A stretch of 61,406 nucleotides of DNA, filler included. It is 10 parts of 10 records of this genome, joined end to end, with 100 filler letters (N's around TTAATTAATTAA, not from the genome) between each part and the next. Parts side by side here need not be neighbours in the genome. Positions count along the whole stretch, not along the records: positions 22,151 to 26,542 come from SRR15195285_5087; positions 26,643 to 31,786 come from SRR15195285_5094; positions 31,887 to 39,298 come from SRR15195285_5095; 7 more parts are not named here. One strand, written 5' to 3'. Position numbers and translations under genes: made by a program. Positions within the stretch are counted from its first letter, which is position 1. Every line of letters starts with the position of its first letter. Of this stretch, positions 22,151 to 33,097 are shown piece after piece. The notes beneath the pieces were generated by a model. It was not told the origin of the DNA. It worked only from the letters and a program-made list of their open reading frames with translations, and searched no databases.

Positions 22151-22504
22151 CCTCCTTCTCTAGGTGTGTACACAGCTGGTGCGGCTCGCTGAGCTCTCTA
22201 GAGAGGTGGCGGAAGGTTCAGAGCAAGCGAGCTCAGGGTTCTGAACCTTCCTCTGGTGGGTGGTAGGTGGTAGGTGGCTTACGTAGCTCGACCGTGTTGC
22301 GTGTACCGACACACCCTCCGTGGAGGACGCTGCGGTCGCCGTGTACACGGCGTACGAATGGACCCTGAGCCGTGATCATCCACTCCGTTGTCGTCGTCGT
22401 CGGAGGCATTCTGGCGCGGGGGCGAGCCGAAGCTTGGACTTCTTGGGACGCAGGGCCACAGCTTGCATTCCTCGTGGCAGCGTACTGTGACCGTATCAGC
22501 GAAC

Positions 22505-24919
22505 ATGGCGAGCTCGGAGGCGGAGGAGGAAGAGGGGGGAGGGGCGGAGACACTGGAGGAGCTCAAGGCGAGGCTGGCGGCGCCGCTGCTGCCGATGCTG
22601 GTGCCGGTCCCGCCGCCAGGTGGTGCGGCGAAGCGCCGCACCACTGGATTTCTCAAGACCAACGCGGTCGCAGAGCAGGCCTTGCAGGCCCTGAGCTTGC
22701 CGGAGATTGGGCGCCGTTCGCTGCGGAATTCCGAGGGTGAGGCAGGCTCCCAGCGAGCACAGACCGAGCGGCCCAGCCCAGTGGCAAGTGTCAGCCCAGA
22801 GGGCCAGCCCCGTGTAGCGCACACCGAGCGTGCCGGGCTGCCTGCCGTGTCGAGGAGCTCCCGCGGAGCCGGTCCAGACCGCGTCGCGGAGCTCCGGGCG
22901 CGAGGGTTTCACCTCCTGGCGTCCCGGCTACAAGAGGAGCAGGCAGCGACTGCGGCGGCGGAAGGACAGCAGGGGGAGTTAATGAGGACGACTCTGGAGG
23001 AATTTCACAAGCACATGGACGAGTTTTGGTCACGAGAGGCGGAGGCACAGATGGTGGATCACTTAGCGAAGCGCGGCCCTCGGCGTATGGCGCAGAAGCT
23101 GAACAGGCGGCAGCAATCCAAGCTGGCCGCGCAGAAGCGAGAGAACGAGATGCACCAGAAGCGAGTGACCGCGGCAAAATCGGTCGTGGACGTCGCAAGC
23201 CCGCCGCAGTTCGAGCATCACAAAGTGAACCGCAAGAAGCTACAGATGCAGAAAGAGCAACGGCAAGAGCTTGCGCGCCAGAACAGAATCTCGCGGCGCC
23301 GGGTTATGGACAGCCGGAACGGCGTGGCGGGCTCTTCCAGCAGTCGTGCGTTCAGCATGGCGGCTTCCCCTCGTTCACCAAGCAGGCACGCTGACAAGCC
23401 ATCGCCTAGGCGGCTGGCTGAAAAGCCGGCACGACCTCGTGGCAGCCAACACCTGTCGGTGGCAGCCACGGCCGACTCACGCGACACGCGCACGCACCGT
23501 GCAGCTATAGAGGAGGTGCAGGTACCAGAACAAGAGCAGGAGAGGGAGCAGAACTCTCAAGTGGAAGGGAAAGACGCTTGTACGTTAGGCGCCGAGACCG
23601 CCGAGACCAAAGCATGGATAAAGAAGATGAAGCGCGCGTGTAGCAACGGTGACCTGTCGCTGCTCAATCGCGCCTTGGAGCATGTCGATATCAACAAAGG
23701 CCTTGGTGGCGGTTGGCCACCGCTGTCACTTGCCGCGGCTGCCGGTCATGCCGATATAGTTCGAGTGCTGCTTAAGCACGGGGCCGATGCAAAAGGCGGG
23801 CTGATTTCGCCGCTAGAGCTTGCAGCCAGCTCGGGGCATGTTGACTGCGTCAAAGCGCTCATGACATACTCAGCTGTCCAGAGTGCGTCGGCTGCTTGCG
23901 AGAAGGCTGCGGTCGGTGGGCATCTGGGCGCATTGCGGATTCTGCTCAACTACAATAGCGAGCTTCTTATCGACCTGACCCACAGTGCACTGCAGCAAAT
24001 CTGCGACGCGACAGAGCAGCGTGAACTTGAGGTCGGAGAGGTGCGACCAAAACTGCGCGTTTGGTACAAGCGTTTGCGTGCACGGCTTGGCGCGTTCGAT
24101 GCATTGGAGGCTGCTGCCGAGTCGGGGGATGTGGGGGCACTGCGACTGATATTGAAGAGCAGACCCTGGAGCCCTGGGGAGCTTGACAGGCGCTTTGCAA
24201 GTGGCTGGACAGCACTCAGTTCTGCCGCGGCAGCAGGTCACATAGAAGTGATTCAAGTGCTTCTCGAAGCAGGGGCCAAGCCGACAGCGCAGATGAGCGA
24301 TGGGTGCGACGCAATCGTCGTTGCGACGCAGGCTGGGATGGAGGAGGCAGTTCTTCTGCTAACTCTTTGGCGGGAGAAGCAAGAGAACGCGAGCAAGAAG
24401 CAGGCAGGCTCACGATTTAAGGCGATCGCCGGACGTGGAGTGAACAAGCAGCGCGAGAAGCATGCGCTGATCAATCAGATCCGTGCTGGGGGCAATAATT
24501 CCGATGAACTGCCCTGGTACCAGAAGCCGGGCGGTCGCCCTCCAGGATCAGAGCTACGCGACCCAGTGAGAGTTGCGGCGGAGGCGGTGTCTACACACGC
24601 AATGCGGCATTTATCAGACAAGAACAAACAGACGCCAGTCCCGCCGGCAGTGCTCGATTTTCCGCATGGAGCAGCCTTGGGGCTAGTTTCTGCCTTGTCT
24701 GAGCGGCAGTCGTACGAGCAGGAGCTGATTCAGAAGGGTGTCAACCCAGATTCGTCGCTTGCAGCATATGGCAGCACTGATGTACGAGCAGGGACAAGTG
24801 GTGGAGCACACAGAGACTCGCAGCTGGTGCAGCAGCAGCACCGACAACAAGACGAGGAGGACAATGTACCGTTGAAGGTAGGCATGCGGAAATGGAGGGT
24901 TGGCGACACGGTCGTCTAG
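22505..24919 (+). CDS. CFAP97/Hemingway(KIAA1430)-like domain plus ankyrin-repeat protein
   Basis: HQKRVTAAKSVVDVASPPQFEHHKVNRKKLQMQKEQRQELARQNRI resembles the CFAP97 domain. Ankyrin repeats include GWPPLSLAAAAGHADIVRVLLKHGAD, SPLELAASSGHVDCVKAL and GWTALSSAAAAGHIEVIQVLLEAGA. ATG at 22505. Confidence 0.8.
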   Translation: MASSEAEEEEGGGAETLEELKARLAAPLLPMLVPVPPPGGAAKRRTTGFLKTNAVAEQALQALSLPEIGRRSLRNSEGEAGSQRAQTERPSPVASVSPEGQPRVAHTERAGLPAVSRSSRGAGPDRVAELRARGFHLLASRLQEEQAATAAAEGQQGELMRTTLEEFHKHMDEFWSREAEAQMVDHLAKRGPRRMAQKLNRRQQSKLAAQKRENEMHQKRVTAAKSVVDVASPPQFEHHKVNRKKLQMQKEQRQELARQNRISRRRVMDSRNGVAGSSSSRAFSMAASPRSPSRHADKPSPRRLAEKPARPRGSQHLSVAATADSRDTRTHRAAIEEVQVPEQEQEREQNSQVEGKDACTLGAETAETKAWIKKMKRACSNGDLSLLNRALEHVDINKGLGGGWPPLSLAAAAGHADIVRVLLKHGADAKGGLISPLELAASSGHVDCVKALMTYSAVQSASAACEKAAVGGHLGALRILLNYNSELLIDLTHSALQQICDATEQRELEVGEVRPKLRVWYKRLRARLGAFDALEAAAESGDVGALRLILKSRPWSPGELDRRFASGWTALSSAAAAGHIEVIQVLLEAGAKPTAQMSDGCDAIVVATQAGMEEAVLLLTLWREKQENASKKQAGSRFKAIAGRGVNKQREKHALINQIRAGGNNSDELPWYQKPGGRPPGSELRDPVRVAAEAVSTHAMRHLSDKNKQTPVPPAVLDFPHGAALGLVSALSERQSYEQELIQKGVNPDSSLAAYGSTDVRAGTSGGAHRDSQLVQQQHRQQDEEDNVPLKVGMRKWRVGDTVV

Positions 24920-25082
24920 TCATCATCGCTTCCTGGGAGATCCATCATCGAGTATCGTGGACATGGACAATGCTGCACAAATATGGCAAGTTCCTGATAA
25001 AACTAGTATATGCTCGTATGAATGTATCCATGTTCAGCACCACGCTTTGTAGCCATTTCAGCTTTCTGCCCGTCCGTCCGTA

Positions 25083-26489
25083 TTAAAATCCGGCCGTGGA
25101 AGACACCACCGGTTCGAAGAACCAGATCTGTCCCGTTATGTTCGTGAAGTGCGTCCAAATCGTGTCCTCGTCAAACCTTGCGCTCGCGAAGGCTGGCACT
25201 TGGGTTGCGCGATCACCCACGGATGCGGCAGCGTTCGCCGCCTCACGCTCAGAAGTAAACAGCGGTACACGCAGCCTCGCGCACCGTTCGAGCGCCTCCG
25301 GCTCAATCTGCGGTTTGTCCAGCGCAGCGATCCCGACAGGGAAGCGCACCGAGCCGAAGACGGCAAACGACCAGCGCTGGCTCAGGCAGATGGACCCAGC
25401 AATGGGAGGCGCCTCATCAGTGCGCCCGGCCCAGTCCCCTTCGTTCTCATCTAGCAAAGTTCGTGTATCCACAGAAGGGTGGGCGATGTGGTACGCCAAC
25501 TTTCGCGCTGCACATACTGCCAAGCCATCCTCGAGCGGGTCTGTCGCCTCCAGCGGCAACGGCGACATAGAGATGAAACGTGGTGTCTCCATGTCTCCCA
25601 CAATGCTCCGCGTGCACCAGCCGTCTTCCCATCCTTGCTCGAGCGAGCACTGCACGCTGGGCGAGTGACCGCCGGGCGGGCGACAGTGCAGCTCCATCGC
25701 GCCCGGGCGGATCCAGAGTGGCGCATCGGTGGTATTCTGCACCAGCACCCGCAACTCCAAGCATCCGGCGCTCTGCGACCCGAAGCTTGCCGTTCTTGGG
25801 AGGCACGGCCGTAGCTTGCAGTCCTCATAGTGGCGCACTGTGACCCACACAAGCGCAGATGGCGTTGGTGCAGCGTCCACTGCCAGCGGAGCGGCCGCTG
25901 GGACCACGCGTGGTACGGGTGCGGCAGCCGCGGGCGGTGCGCGCAGACCGGCCACATTCTGCTGTTTCTGCTTCTGCTTCCGCCTCAGTGCACGGGCTAG
26001 GTCCTTCTGCTTGCGTTCCTCCTTGCGCAGCATCTTTGATGTGAGGGTCTGAGCGAATACTGGAAAGACCCGATCCCGGGTCCAGGCACATGCTGGGAGC
26101 TTCAGCGCGGACTCCCAGTTCTTGTAGAGGTCTATCCACCCGAACGAGTCCGGGCCGCCGCGGTGAAGTCGCGGGTTTGCCACCGAGCTGACGAAGAAAC
26201 GACGGCGAGTGAGGTACAGCCAAAACTCCTTCTCGAGGCACATCCGCCGCCACTTGCGGCACACGCCCGCCGCGGCCTGCAGCGTCGCGCCGTCGGCCAG
26301 CAAGGCCAAAATGTGCTCGAAGACCTCCGGAGGCATGGCTGGCGCCGCCCGCTCGGCAGCGCCAAGCTCGCAGACATGCTCATCGCCCGGCGCCGCCCGC
26401 TCAACAACGCCAAGCTCGTGCATATGCTCCGCGTCCAGCGGCTGCATGTCGTCCACCTTGTGGATGGGTGGTGGGGCCGCCACGTCCAT
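25083..26489 (-). CDS. F-box protein
   Basis: MPPEVFEHILALLADGATLQAAAGVCRKWRRMCLEKEFW is a canonical F-box motif in a 468-aa ORF. Confidence 0.8.
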   Translation of the reverse strand: MDVAAPPPIHKVDDMQPLDAEHMHELGVVERAAPGDEHVCELGAAERAAPAMPPEVFEHILALLADGATLQAAAGVCRKWRRMCLEKEFWLYLTRRRFFVSSVANPRLHRGGPDSFGWIDLYKNWESALKLPACAWTRDRVFPVFAQTLTSKMLRKEERKQKDLARALRRKQKQKQQNVAGLRAPPAAAAPVPRVVPAAAPLAVDAAPTPSALVWVTVRHYEDCKLRPCLPRTASFGSQSAGCLELRVLVQNTTDAPLWIRPGAMELHCRPPGGHSPSVQCSLEQGWEDGWCTRSIVGDMETPRFISMSPLPLEATDPLEDGLAVCAARKLAYHIAHPSVDTRTLLDENEGDWAGRTDEAPPIAGSICLSQRWSFAVFGSVRFPVGIAALDKPQIEPEALERCARLRVPLFTSEREAANAAASVGDRATQVPAFASARFDEDTIWTHFTNITGQIWFFEPVVSSTAGF

Positions 26490-26542
26490 CGGTCTGGCTG
26501 ACCGCGCGCCACGCGCCCGCGCGCGGCCGCCTGGGTGTATGT

Positions 26543-26642
26543 NNNNNNNNNNNNNNNNNNNNNNNNNNNNNNNNNNNNNNNNNNNNTTAATTAATTAANN
26601 NNNNNNNNNNNNNNNNNNNNNNNNNNNNNNNNNNNNNNNNNN
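26543..26642. other. Artificial contig spacer
   Basis: N-run/TTAATTAATTAA/N-run. Confidence 0.99.
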
Positions 26643-27173
26643 GTCCATCGTGGACAGCTTGGAGACGAGTGGTTTGAGGTCCACGGTGTGCATGTCCACG
26701 CCCGTCTTGATAAGCAGCGCCATTCGCAGGGCGTAGTCCGGCAGCGCGAAGCCGTCTGCAGCTGAGACAGTGCGGCACGGGACATTGACCCAGCAGTTGA
26801 TACCAACCTTGTTGCAGAGCAGTATCATCCACTCGTATGCCATGCCCTTTGAGCCTTGAGGTGACCAGTCAGGTGTTTGGTGTGCCTCACCCTTCTGCCG
26901 TCTGCCCATCCACGTGCTGACGTTGTTTCGGTTCGTCATGCCTGCATCCATCATGCGCACTGCACCCTTGCGGAACGGCTTCAGGTCGCTGACCACGGCC
27001 GGCTTCCACGGGTCGTTGGTCGTGTTGAAGTCTGGTGGCGGCTGCACGAAGTACGAAGTGATACCGTCCTCGAACCACAAGACGTTCTGACCCAACTCCA
27101 TGGTCCGAACCTCCGAAATGCCCTGCCCCACAACTAGCCCTAGTAGCAGTAGCCAGTGGCGGTGGGCGCACAT
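26643..27173 (-). CDS. Secreted putative glycoside-hydrolase-like (TIM-barrel) protein, N-terminal fragment
   Basis: Signal peptide MCAHRHWLLLLGLVVGQG. The segments W.P..VSDLKPF..AVRMMD..TN and GMAYEWMILLCNKVGINCWVNVP resemble clan-A/GH51-like bacterial proteins. Truncated by the contig end. Confidence 0.6.
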
Positions 27174-27533
27174 CCGTCTCGCACTGCGTGGGGGCGCCGA
27201 TCGCAGCCCTCCACGCAGAGTGGATGCCGTCGCAGCCTCAAAGCGAGCTCTCCCGCCGAGATCGCACCAGGCCCAGCCGGCGCGCCCAGCAGCGTACGCG
27301 CGCGTAGCTAGAACCGTCCGTGCGGACACGTACCCGCTGGGAGCAGCTGGCTCGCGCGGTGCACGCACGCGAGCACGTCGCGCCCCCGCGCCGGGCGCGG
27401 GGTGACGACCCGGGCGCATCATTCAGGAGGCCCTGCGTTGCCGCGCGCGCGCGCGCGCGGGTGGTGCAGCGGGTGCGTGCCAGGCCACTGAGTCGCCGGG
27501 CGTACCGGCGGAGCGCAAGATCTCGCCCTGGTC

Positions 27534-30500
27534 ATGGCGGCGGCGCTCGCGCTGCCCGTGGCCTCGCTTTTGGCGACGTGTCTGTCTGCCAGCGGAAATG
27601 ATATGTCCCCCACCGAGCCGCCGTCGGCAGCTGCCCAGTACATCCCGCTCAACCCACGCGAGACGCTAGTGTTTCTGGAGGCCGAGAACTTCACGGTGCT
27701 GGACGGGTCACAGTGGCAGCCACGGGAGTGGGCCAAGTCGCCGAACTACTTTGCGTCGACCGTGGCCAACGTGTTCCATTCCAGACGAGCACACTTGCAC
27801 CACCCAGCCCTAGCTGGCGCGACTCCCCGCGTGACGACGGCGGCGGCGGCATTTGACGTCCCTGCAGCTGGCCATTACTCCGTGCTGATTCGCTACGAGG
27901 CGCCGTTTCGCTTCGAGATCCCCTTTGAGGTCAACATCACTCAGCGAGGAGAGTCGCGGCCAACTTTCTCGCGGACGTACGGCCGGCGCGCAACTCCAAA
28001 GGTTTGGGGCTTTCTCTCTGGTCGGCACTCTGGCGAGTACGACTGCGGTCCAGGGCTCAATGGTGAGTGTGCCTGGCCATGGGGTGCGACCGAGAATATG
28101 GTATGGGAGATCGGATCCGGTCAGCTCAAAAAGGGCCCAGCGGTCATGCAGTTCACACCGGTGCGCGACAGCCAATACTGCTGTTGGGGCGACATCAATG
28201 TCGATGCGGTGATGCTCAGTCCGAACGCCTCCGACGTCGCCCAGCGCTTGAACGACACGAAGACACGCGACCTGCCCTTTGATGGGATGTTCAGCCAACT
28301 AGGCGAGGTGTTCTTCCAAATCAAGAATCTCAACACATCCCACAACCTGACAGTAGGAGTACCACTGACGTACGATCATGCGATCGAGCGTGGGTATCGA
28401 TCGCATCTAAACGGCACAAATTTTCGAACGCCTTTCAATATCAACGTGGGCCCTGGTCAGCAGACAGGCTGGCTCGACGTTGGTGGATGGATGGACACGC
28501 TCGATGGTGGATCGTGGCAAATTTCTTGCAATGCGTACGGCCCAGCTCCTGCCGTCCCGAACGAGACCAACTGTGCTATCGAGGTGGGGAAGGTCTGCCT
28601 GGGTGGCAATCTGACTCAATGCCGCAGCTGTGCGGAGAAGCTTGTGAACTCCTCGGCGTGTCCGGGTGCCTGCCAAGAACGCGGCAAGTGTGAGCTGAAG
28701 TGGGCCACTGCTGGTTGCGCTCCTCCCCCACCGCCGCCCACGCCACAGGAGCTAGCGTGTTACGCAGTAGCCGAGCACAAGTGTGCTCAGAATCGGTCGG
28801 GCGCCCATGCATGGGCTGCGAACTACACCGAATGCCGCGAGTGCATGGAAGCTCTCTCCCCGTGTCCAGAGCAATGCATGAAGGGGACACGATGCCAACC
28901 TGCGTGGTTCGAAACAGCTTGCCATCGACTGGCGCCGCCTGCGCACAGCAAGCCACATCCACCGCCGCCACGACCACTGCTTGGACCAGCACACTGTCAA
29001 ATTCAAGTGGGCGTCAAAAAGTACCCCTTCAATGCGAGTCATCACGAGGTGGTTCCGATCGACGGAGCTTTATTTGACAGCGTGAAATCGGGTACAGAAA
29101 TGGTCTTTGATGCAAACACACGTGGAACGAGGCGGATGAGGCACAACGCCGACGACTTCTTCGAGGTCTTTGAACAGCTGAAAGCCCAAGGACCAGTGCC
29201 TGGAAAACCGCCTTCTATTGTGCCCATCTACTCATCAACGTTTCCCAATGGCAGCGACAGTGGACCAAGTGGTGACGGACCAGCGCGAGATGGATATGCC
29301 ACAAAGCAGCGCGAGTTCGTAGCCTCATTCTGTGCGCGGAACAACTCGTGTCTGTGCGATAATCCGAGCGGATGCGACTCACCAGATCAAGTAGGAGATG
29401 CCCAGAGCCTGTACCTAAGCGCGTACGTACTGGCATCACTGCACCGTCAAACTGCGATTGATGGCGAGATCAGCAAGATAGCTGCGATGCCAGCAGCAGT
29501 GCGGAATCGCATAACAACCGTTAAACTTGGTGATGAAATTGGGATTGATGGCAGCCTCAACGACACCACGTTTGAAGCATGGTGCAAATCAAACAGCGTC
29601 GACCTCAAGGACCTCGATTGCCACTCTTGGGCCAGTTGTCCCTACAGCCCTAATCTTGCGAATGCGACTGCCAACGCAGCGCTGTACTATTGGTCTGTGA
29701 AAGCTGGTCATGAATCTGGTATTGCTCTGGTGAAAACAATTGTAGATCGACTGCGCCAGTTGTTGCCGAACGCACTACTAGGTGCAAATTGGGCTCCCAG
29801 CGCACGGTACAGAGACATACACGGGAAAAGCCGCGCCCATCACTACGTTGGATGGACGTATCAATGGATCAACGTCTTCAGGCAGCAGGCACTCTCATTG
29901 CCATGGAGCGAAGATTGGATTTGGCAGACACCGGTTGGAACTCAGCAGATGATGGCCTTGAGCATAGATGCGATGCGCTCTGGTTTGCTGTGGTCCGACC
30001 ATTCAGCTGTTTCCCCTCAGCTTCGTGCATCAACCAGGTCGACAGGTCAGTATATGCGCCTCTCGCCACCAAAGAAACGAACTAGCATGCTCATGTACGT
30101 GATGAAGCACTACCCTGGCAACACGAATAACTCGTGGACCCGACAGCTGTTTGCTGACCTAGCGCACGGTGTGGATCGGTTCGATCTCTTTCATCTGGTG
30201 CCTTCGACCAGTGGTTACACCTGCGACTACGTCGACGCCGACGGTGGCGCCTATCCTGCCGTACGAAGAGCTTTGAATATGCTTGGAGCTTTCGAAGACA
30301 TCGTGGCGCAAGGTATTGTGCAGCCGAAGGGGGCGCCAGTTGCACTGCTCTACTCAGAGAGTGCAGACATATGGTATGGATCAGTCGGTACCTACGGTGC
30401 AGGGTTTCGATCGCTTTATATTGCCCTTCGGCATGCGCAGATCTCCGTGCAGATCCTCACGGAAGACGACTGCATCGCGGGGCGGCTGTACCACACTGAC

Positions 30501-31382
30501 CTACTTGTTGTGGCAGTTCCAAATGTTGCGGATGCTGCTGGGAAGGCAATCTCGGAGTGGGTGTCAGCAGGCGGAATGATCTTCGCGACCGCATCTGGAG
30601 GTCTACTAAATGAATACAACCGGACAAATTTCCACATGCAAAACCTTCTCGGAGTAAAGCAGTCCGCTGTGTGGCGAGGGCAACAGGACTCATTCAATGG
30701 GACTGTTGATTTGATAAAGCAAGACCTCAAGTTCGTAGACACGTTGGATATGGTCACACTCGACCACAGCGTCATGGCAGAGCTGGAGCTGTCGCAGCAT
30801 GCCCACGAAGACGCATCCATGGTATGCAAAGGCGCCAAGAGTATATTTACACTTTCAGACACGGCCACCACGACCGTGCTCGCCGAATTTAGTGACGGCT
30901 CACCAGCAGCAACTCGCCGCCGTATCGCGGATGTGGGCGCGGGCTCGGCGTTCTATATCGGGTTTCTACCAGGACTGAGCTATTTCGAGCCGGCAATACC
31001 AATCCGGCCCGTTGATCGTGGGAGCACTGATAGCAACTTCAACCACTTCTTGCCCACGGATTTTTCTGAAGTGGCCAAGGCGCTGGTCACCTTACCTCTA
31101 GCACACCGTCTAAAGAACGACTCAAACGTCGTCCCCATTCGCAGCACCGAGCCACTGGTAGAGGTCGGACTGATAGAGGCAGCTGGGATTGGCTACGCCT
31201 TGCCTTGCATAAACTGGGTGGGCGAACTGCTCCCGACATTCACTGTCTGGCTACAAGATGAAAGCATTTCGTTCGAGAAGGCAGAATTAGCCAGTGGTGG
31301 AGCTCTAGCAGTCTCTGCCGATAAACGCTCGTTCACCTTTGCGTTGGGCCCGACAGCAGATGCGCTGGTGTTGAGACCGTGA
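27534..31382 (+). CDS. Secreted 1282-aa putative glycoside hydrolase with a GH42-like trimerization (GATase-like) domain and two internal Cys-rich modules
   Basis: Intronless ORF with a signal peptide and N-terminal VFLEAENF beta-sandwich-like region. Later motifs: KLGDEI, LPWSEDWIW, and the C-terminal APVALLYSESADIW..SLYIALRHAQISVQILTEDD..AISEWVSAGGMIFATASGGLLNEYN typical of beta-galactosidase middle domains. Confidence 0.72.
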   Translation: MAAALALPVASLLATCLSASGNDMSPTEPPSAAAQYIPLNPRETLVFLEAENFTVLDGSQWQPREWAKSPNYFASTVANVFHSRRAHLHHPALAGATPRVTTAAAAFDVPAAGHYSVLIRYEAPFRFEIPFEVNITQRGESRPTFSRTYGRRATPKVWGFLSGRHSGEYDCGPGLNGECAWPWGATENMVWEIGSGQLKKGPAVMQFTPVRDSQYCCWGDINVDAVMLSPNASDVAQRLNDTKTRDLPFDGMFSQLGEVFFQIKNLNTSHNLTVGVPLTYDHAIERGYRSHLNGTNFRTPFNINVGPGQQTGWLDVGGWMDTLDGGSWQISCNAYGPAPAVPNETNCAIEVGKVCLGGNLTQCRSCAEKLVNSSACPGACQERGKCELKWATAGCAPPPPPPTPQELACYAVAEHKCAQNRSGAHAWAANYTECRECMEALSPCPEQCMKGTRCQPAWFETACHRLAPPAHSKPHPPPPRPLLGPAHCQIQVGVKKYPFNASHHEVVPIDGALFDSVKSGTEMVFDANTRGTRRMRHNADDFFEVFEQLKAQGPVPGKPPSIVPIYSSTFPNGSDSGPSGDGPARDGYATKQREFVASFCARNNSCLCDNPSGCDSPDQVGDAQSLYLSAYVLASLHRQTAIDGEISKIAAMPAAVRNRITTVKLGDEIGIDGSLNDTTFEAWCKSNSVDLKDLDCHSWASCPYSPNLANATANAALYYWSVKAGHESGIALVKTIVDRLRQLLPNALLGANWAPSARYRDIHGKSRAHHYVGWTYQWINVFRQQALSLPWSEDWIWQTPVGTQQMMALSIDAMRSGLLWSDHSAVSPQLRASTRSTGQYMRLSPPKKRTSMLMYVMKHYPGNTNNSWTRQLFADLAHGVDRFDLFHLVPSTSGYTCDYVDADGGAYPAVRRALNMLGAFEDIVAQGIVQPKGAPVALLYSESADIWYGSVGTYGAGFRSLYIALRHAQISVQILTEDDCIAGRLYHTDLLVVAVPNVADAAGKAISEWVSAGGMIFATASGGLLNEYNRTNFHMQNLLGVKQSAVWRGQQDSFNGTVDLIKQDLKFVDTLDMVTLDHSVMAELELSQHAHEDASMVCKGAKSIFTLSDTATTTVLAEFSDGSPAATRRRIADVGAGSAFYIGFLPGLSYFEPAIPIRPVDRGSTDSNFNHFLPTDFSEVAKALVTLPLAHRLKNDSNVVPIRSTEPLVEVGLIEAAGIGYALPCINWVGELLPTFTVWLQDESISFEKAELASGGALAVSADKRSFTFALGPTADALVLRP

Positions 31383-31786
31383 TGTTTACAAGTAGTACTG
31401 TACCAAAGTATTCGATTGTTGTAGCTCATGTTTCTTCTGTGCACACCATTTACCAATTACGAATGGTGGCTTAGTACCACCTTGCGCCGGGGGCAGTTTA
31501 GTGGCTGATCCACTCCCATGCGCGCGCTCGTGCATGCAGCGCGTGTATTCTATATCGTTAGAACAATGCATTACAAGAAAGCAGGAAAGCAGAAATTTAG
31601 GTCTTGGGAAAATTGGCGAACCTGGGACGACCCACGATAACCACGTGGTGGCTAAATCCCACGACGCAAAATCTCGTACCTAGAATGTCTCTTTTAAAAT
31701 CTAGAGGCAGAGCGCTTACAGTAACTCTCTAACTCAGGGACGACACAGATGCATAACATCTGTGAAAATTGTAGCAGTGCCCAGGA

Positions 31787-31886
31787 NNNNNNNNNNNNNN
31801 NNNNNNNNNNNNNNNNNNNNNNNNNNNNNNTTAATTAATTAANNNNNNNNNNNNNNNNNNNNNNNNNNNNNNNNNNNNNNNNNNNN
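31787..31886. other. Artificial contig spacer
   Basis: N-run/TTAATTAATTAA/N-run. Confidence 0.99.
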
Positions 31887-32092
31887 TCTGATGCACCGTA
31901 GGTCGAGTACCATAGCGGCGTGGCCTGTCCCTCTGGCTCTGCACGGCGAGGCCGCCGCCGCCCCGCCCGCGCGCGCGGGGGCGACTGTGCTCAGATAGTA
32001 TGTAAACTTAGCTGCAACACGGTACTACGAGCGCTGTAACTACGAGCGCTGCACTACAGCCCTACAGAAAACATACGAGTCCATACTAGTAT

Positions 32093-33019
32093 ATGTCCGA
32101 GCCCGAGCCCGACCCGAGCAGCGCGATCGCCGAGGCTGTCCCGCCAGCCGAGCAGGATGCCGCCTCGGATCATTGGGCGCCGTCCGCTGACGAGCTTGGC
32201 TTTTCGCCACCACCGCCGCTGAAGGTATTTGATACAGTAGCGGGAATCCCTCTTGATAAGCTTTGGATGGCTCGCATTTGATGGTGATGTGATACAGTGT
32301 GCAGAACTGATGCTCTAAGGGCACCCTGATCACGGGCTGCTAACTGTGACTTGCTGCAGGTCGTTGCGTTTTGCGGCAGCGCACGCAGCGCGTCTTGCAA
32401 TCGTGGGATTCTGCGGTACGCCGCGGCGTGCGCTCCCACCGTGGCTCCCCGGCTCGCAGTCACGATTTTAGATGTGAGCAACTGGCCGCTGTACAACAAT
32501 GACGACGAACAAGCGGACAAGATCCCCGCCGAGGTCCTCGCAGGCGTTGAGTTGGTGCGTGCATGCGACGCGGTTCTCATCGCAAGCCCCGAGTACAATT
32601 TCGGTCCGGCACCCGGCACCACAAACGCAGTGGCGTGGCTCTCCAGGCGTGGCCTCATCGAAGGCATGGAAGCGGGGGCACTCAAGGACAAAACCCTCGG
32701 ACTCCTGTCCGCAGGAGGTGGTTCTGGTGGCCTGCGAGCGCAGAGGGCCATACGCTGTTCCTTTCCCATATTTCTCAAGATGCCCACGATGATTGAGCCA
32801 GTATGCGCGATCTCGCTCCGTACAGAGCCGAAGCCGTTCGATGCGACGACCGGCAACCTCGTTAGCGAAAGCGCCCAGAAAGATGTTGAGCGTTTTATGG
32901 TGGCATTTCAGACGTGGTGTGTTAGCGGAGCAGTGGCAGCGACAGCCGCCGCAGATGAGGCCGGCCTGCTGGCGAAATGGCCGCGCGTGACTGCATGGCC
33001 GCCTGCGCTGGACGATTAA
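32093..33019 (+). CDS. NADPH-dependent FMN reductase (flavodoxin-like; exons 32093-32224, 32360-33019)
   Basis: Motifs VVAFCGSARSASCN, DAVLIASPEYN, LKDKTLGLLSAGGGSGGLRAQ. Intron 32225-32359 is GTATTT..CTAAC..CAG. Confidence 0.88.
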
Positions 33020-33097
33020 GAGGTGGGTGGATGTTTTGCGGAAGAGCTTGGCGTCAGATTGACAATTCAACGTGCTTTGTTAACCGGAGCCACGCAT

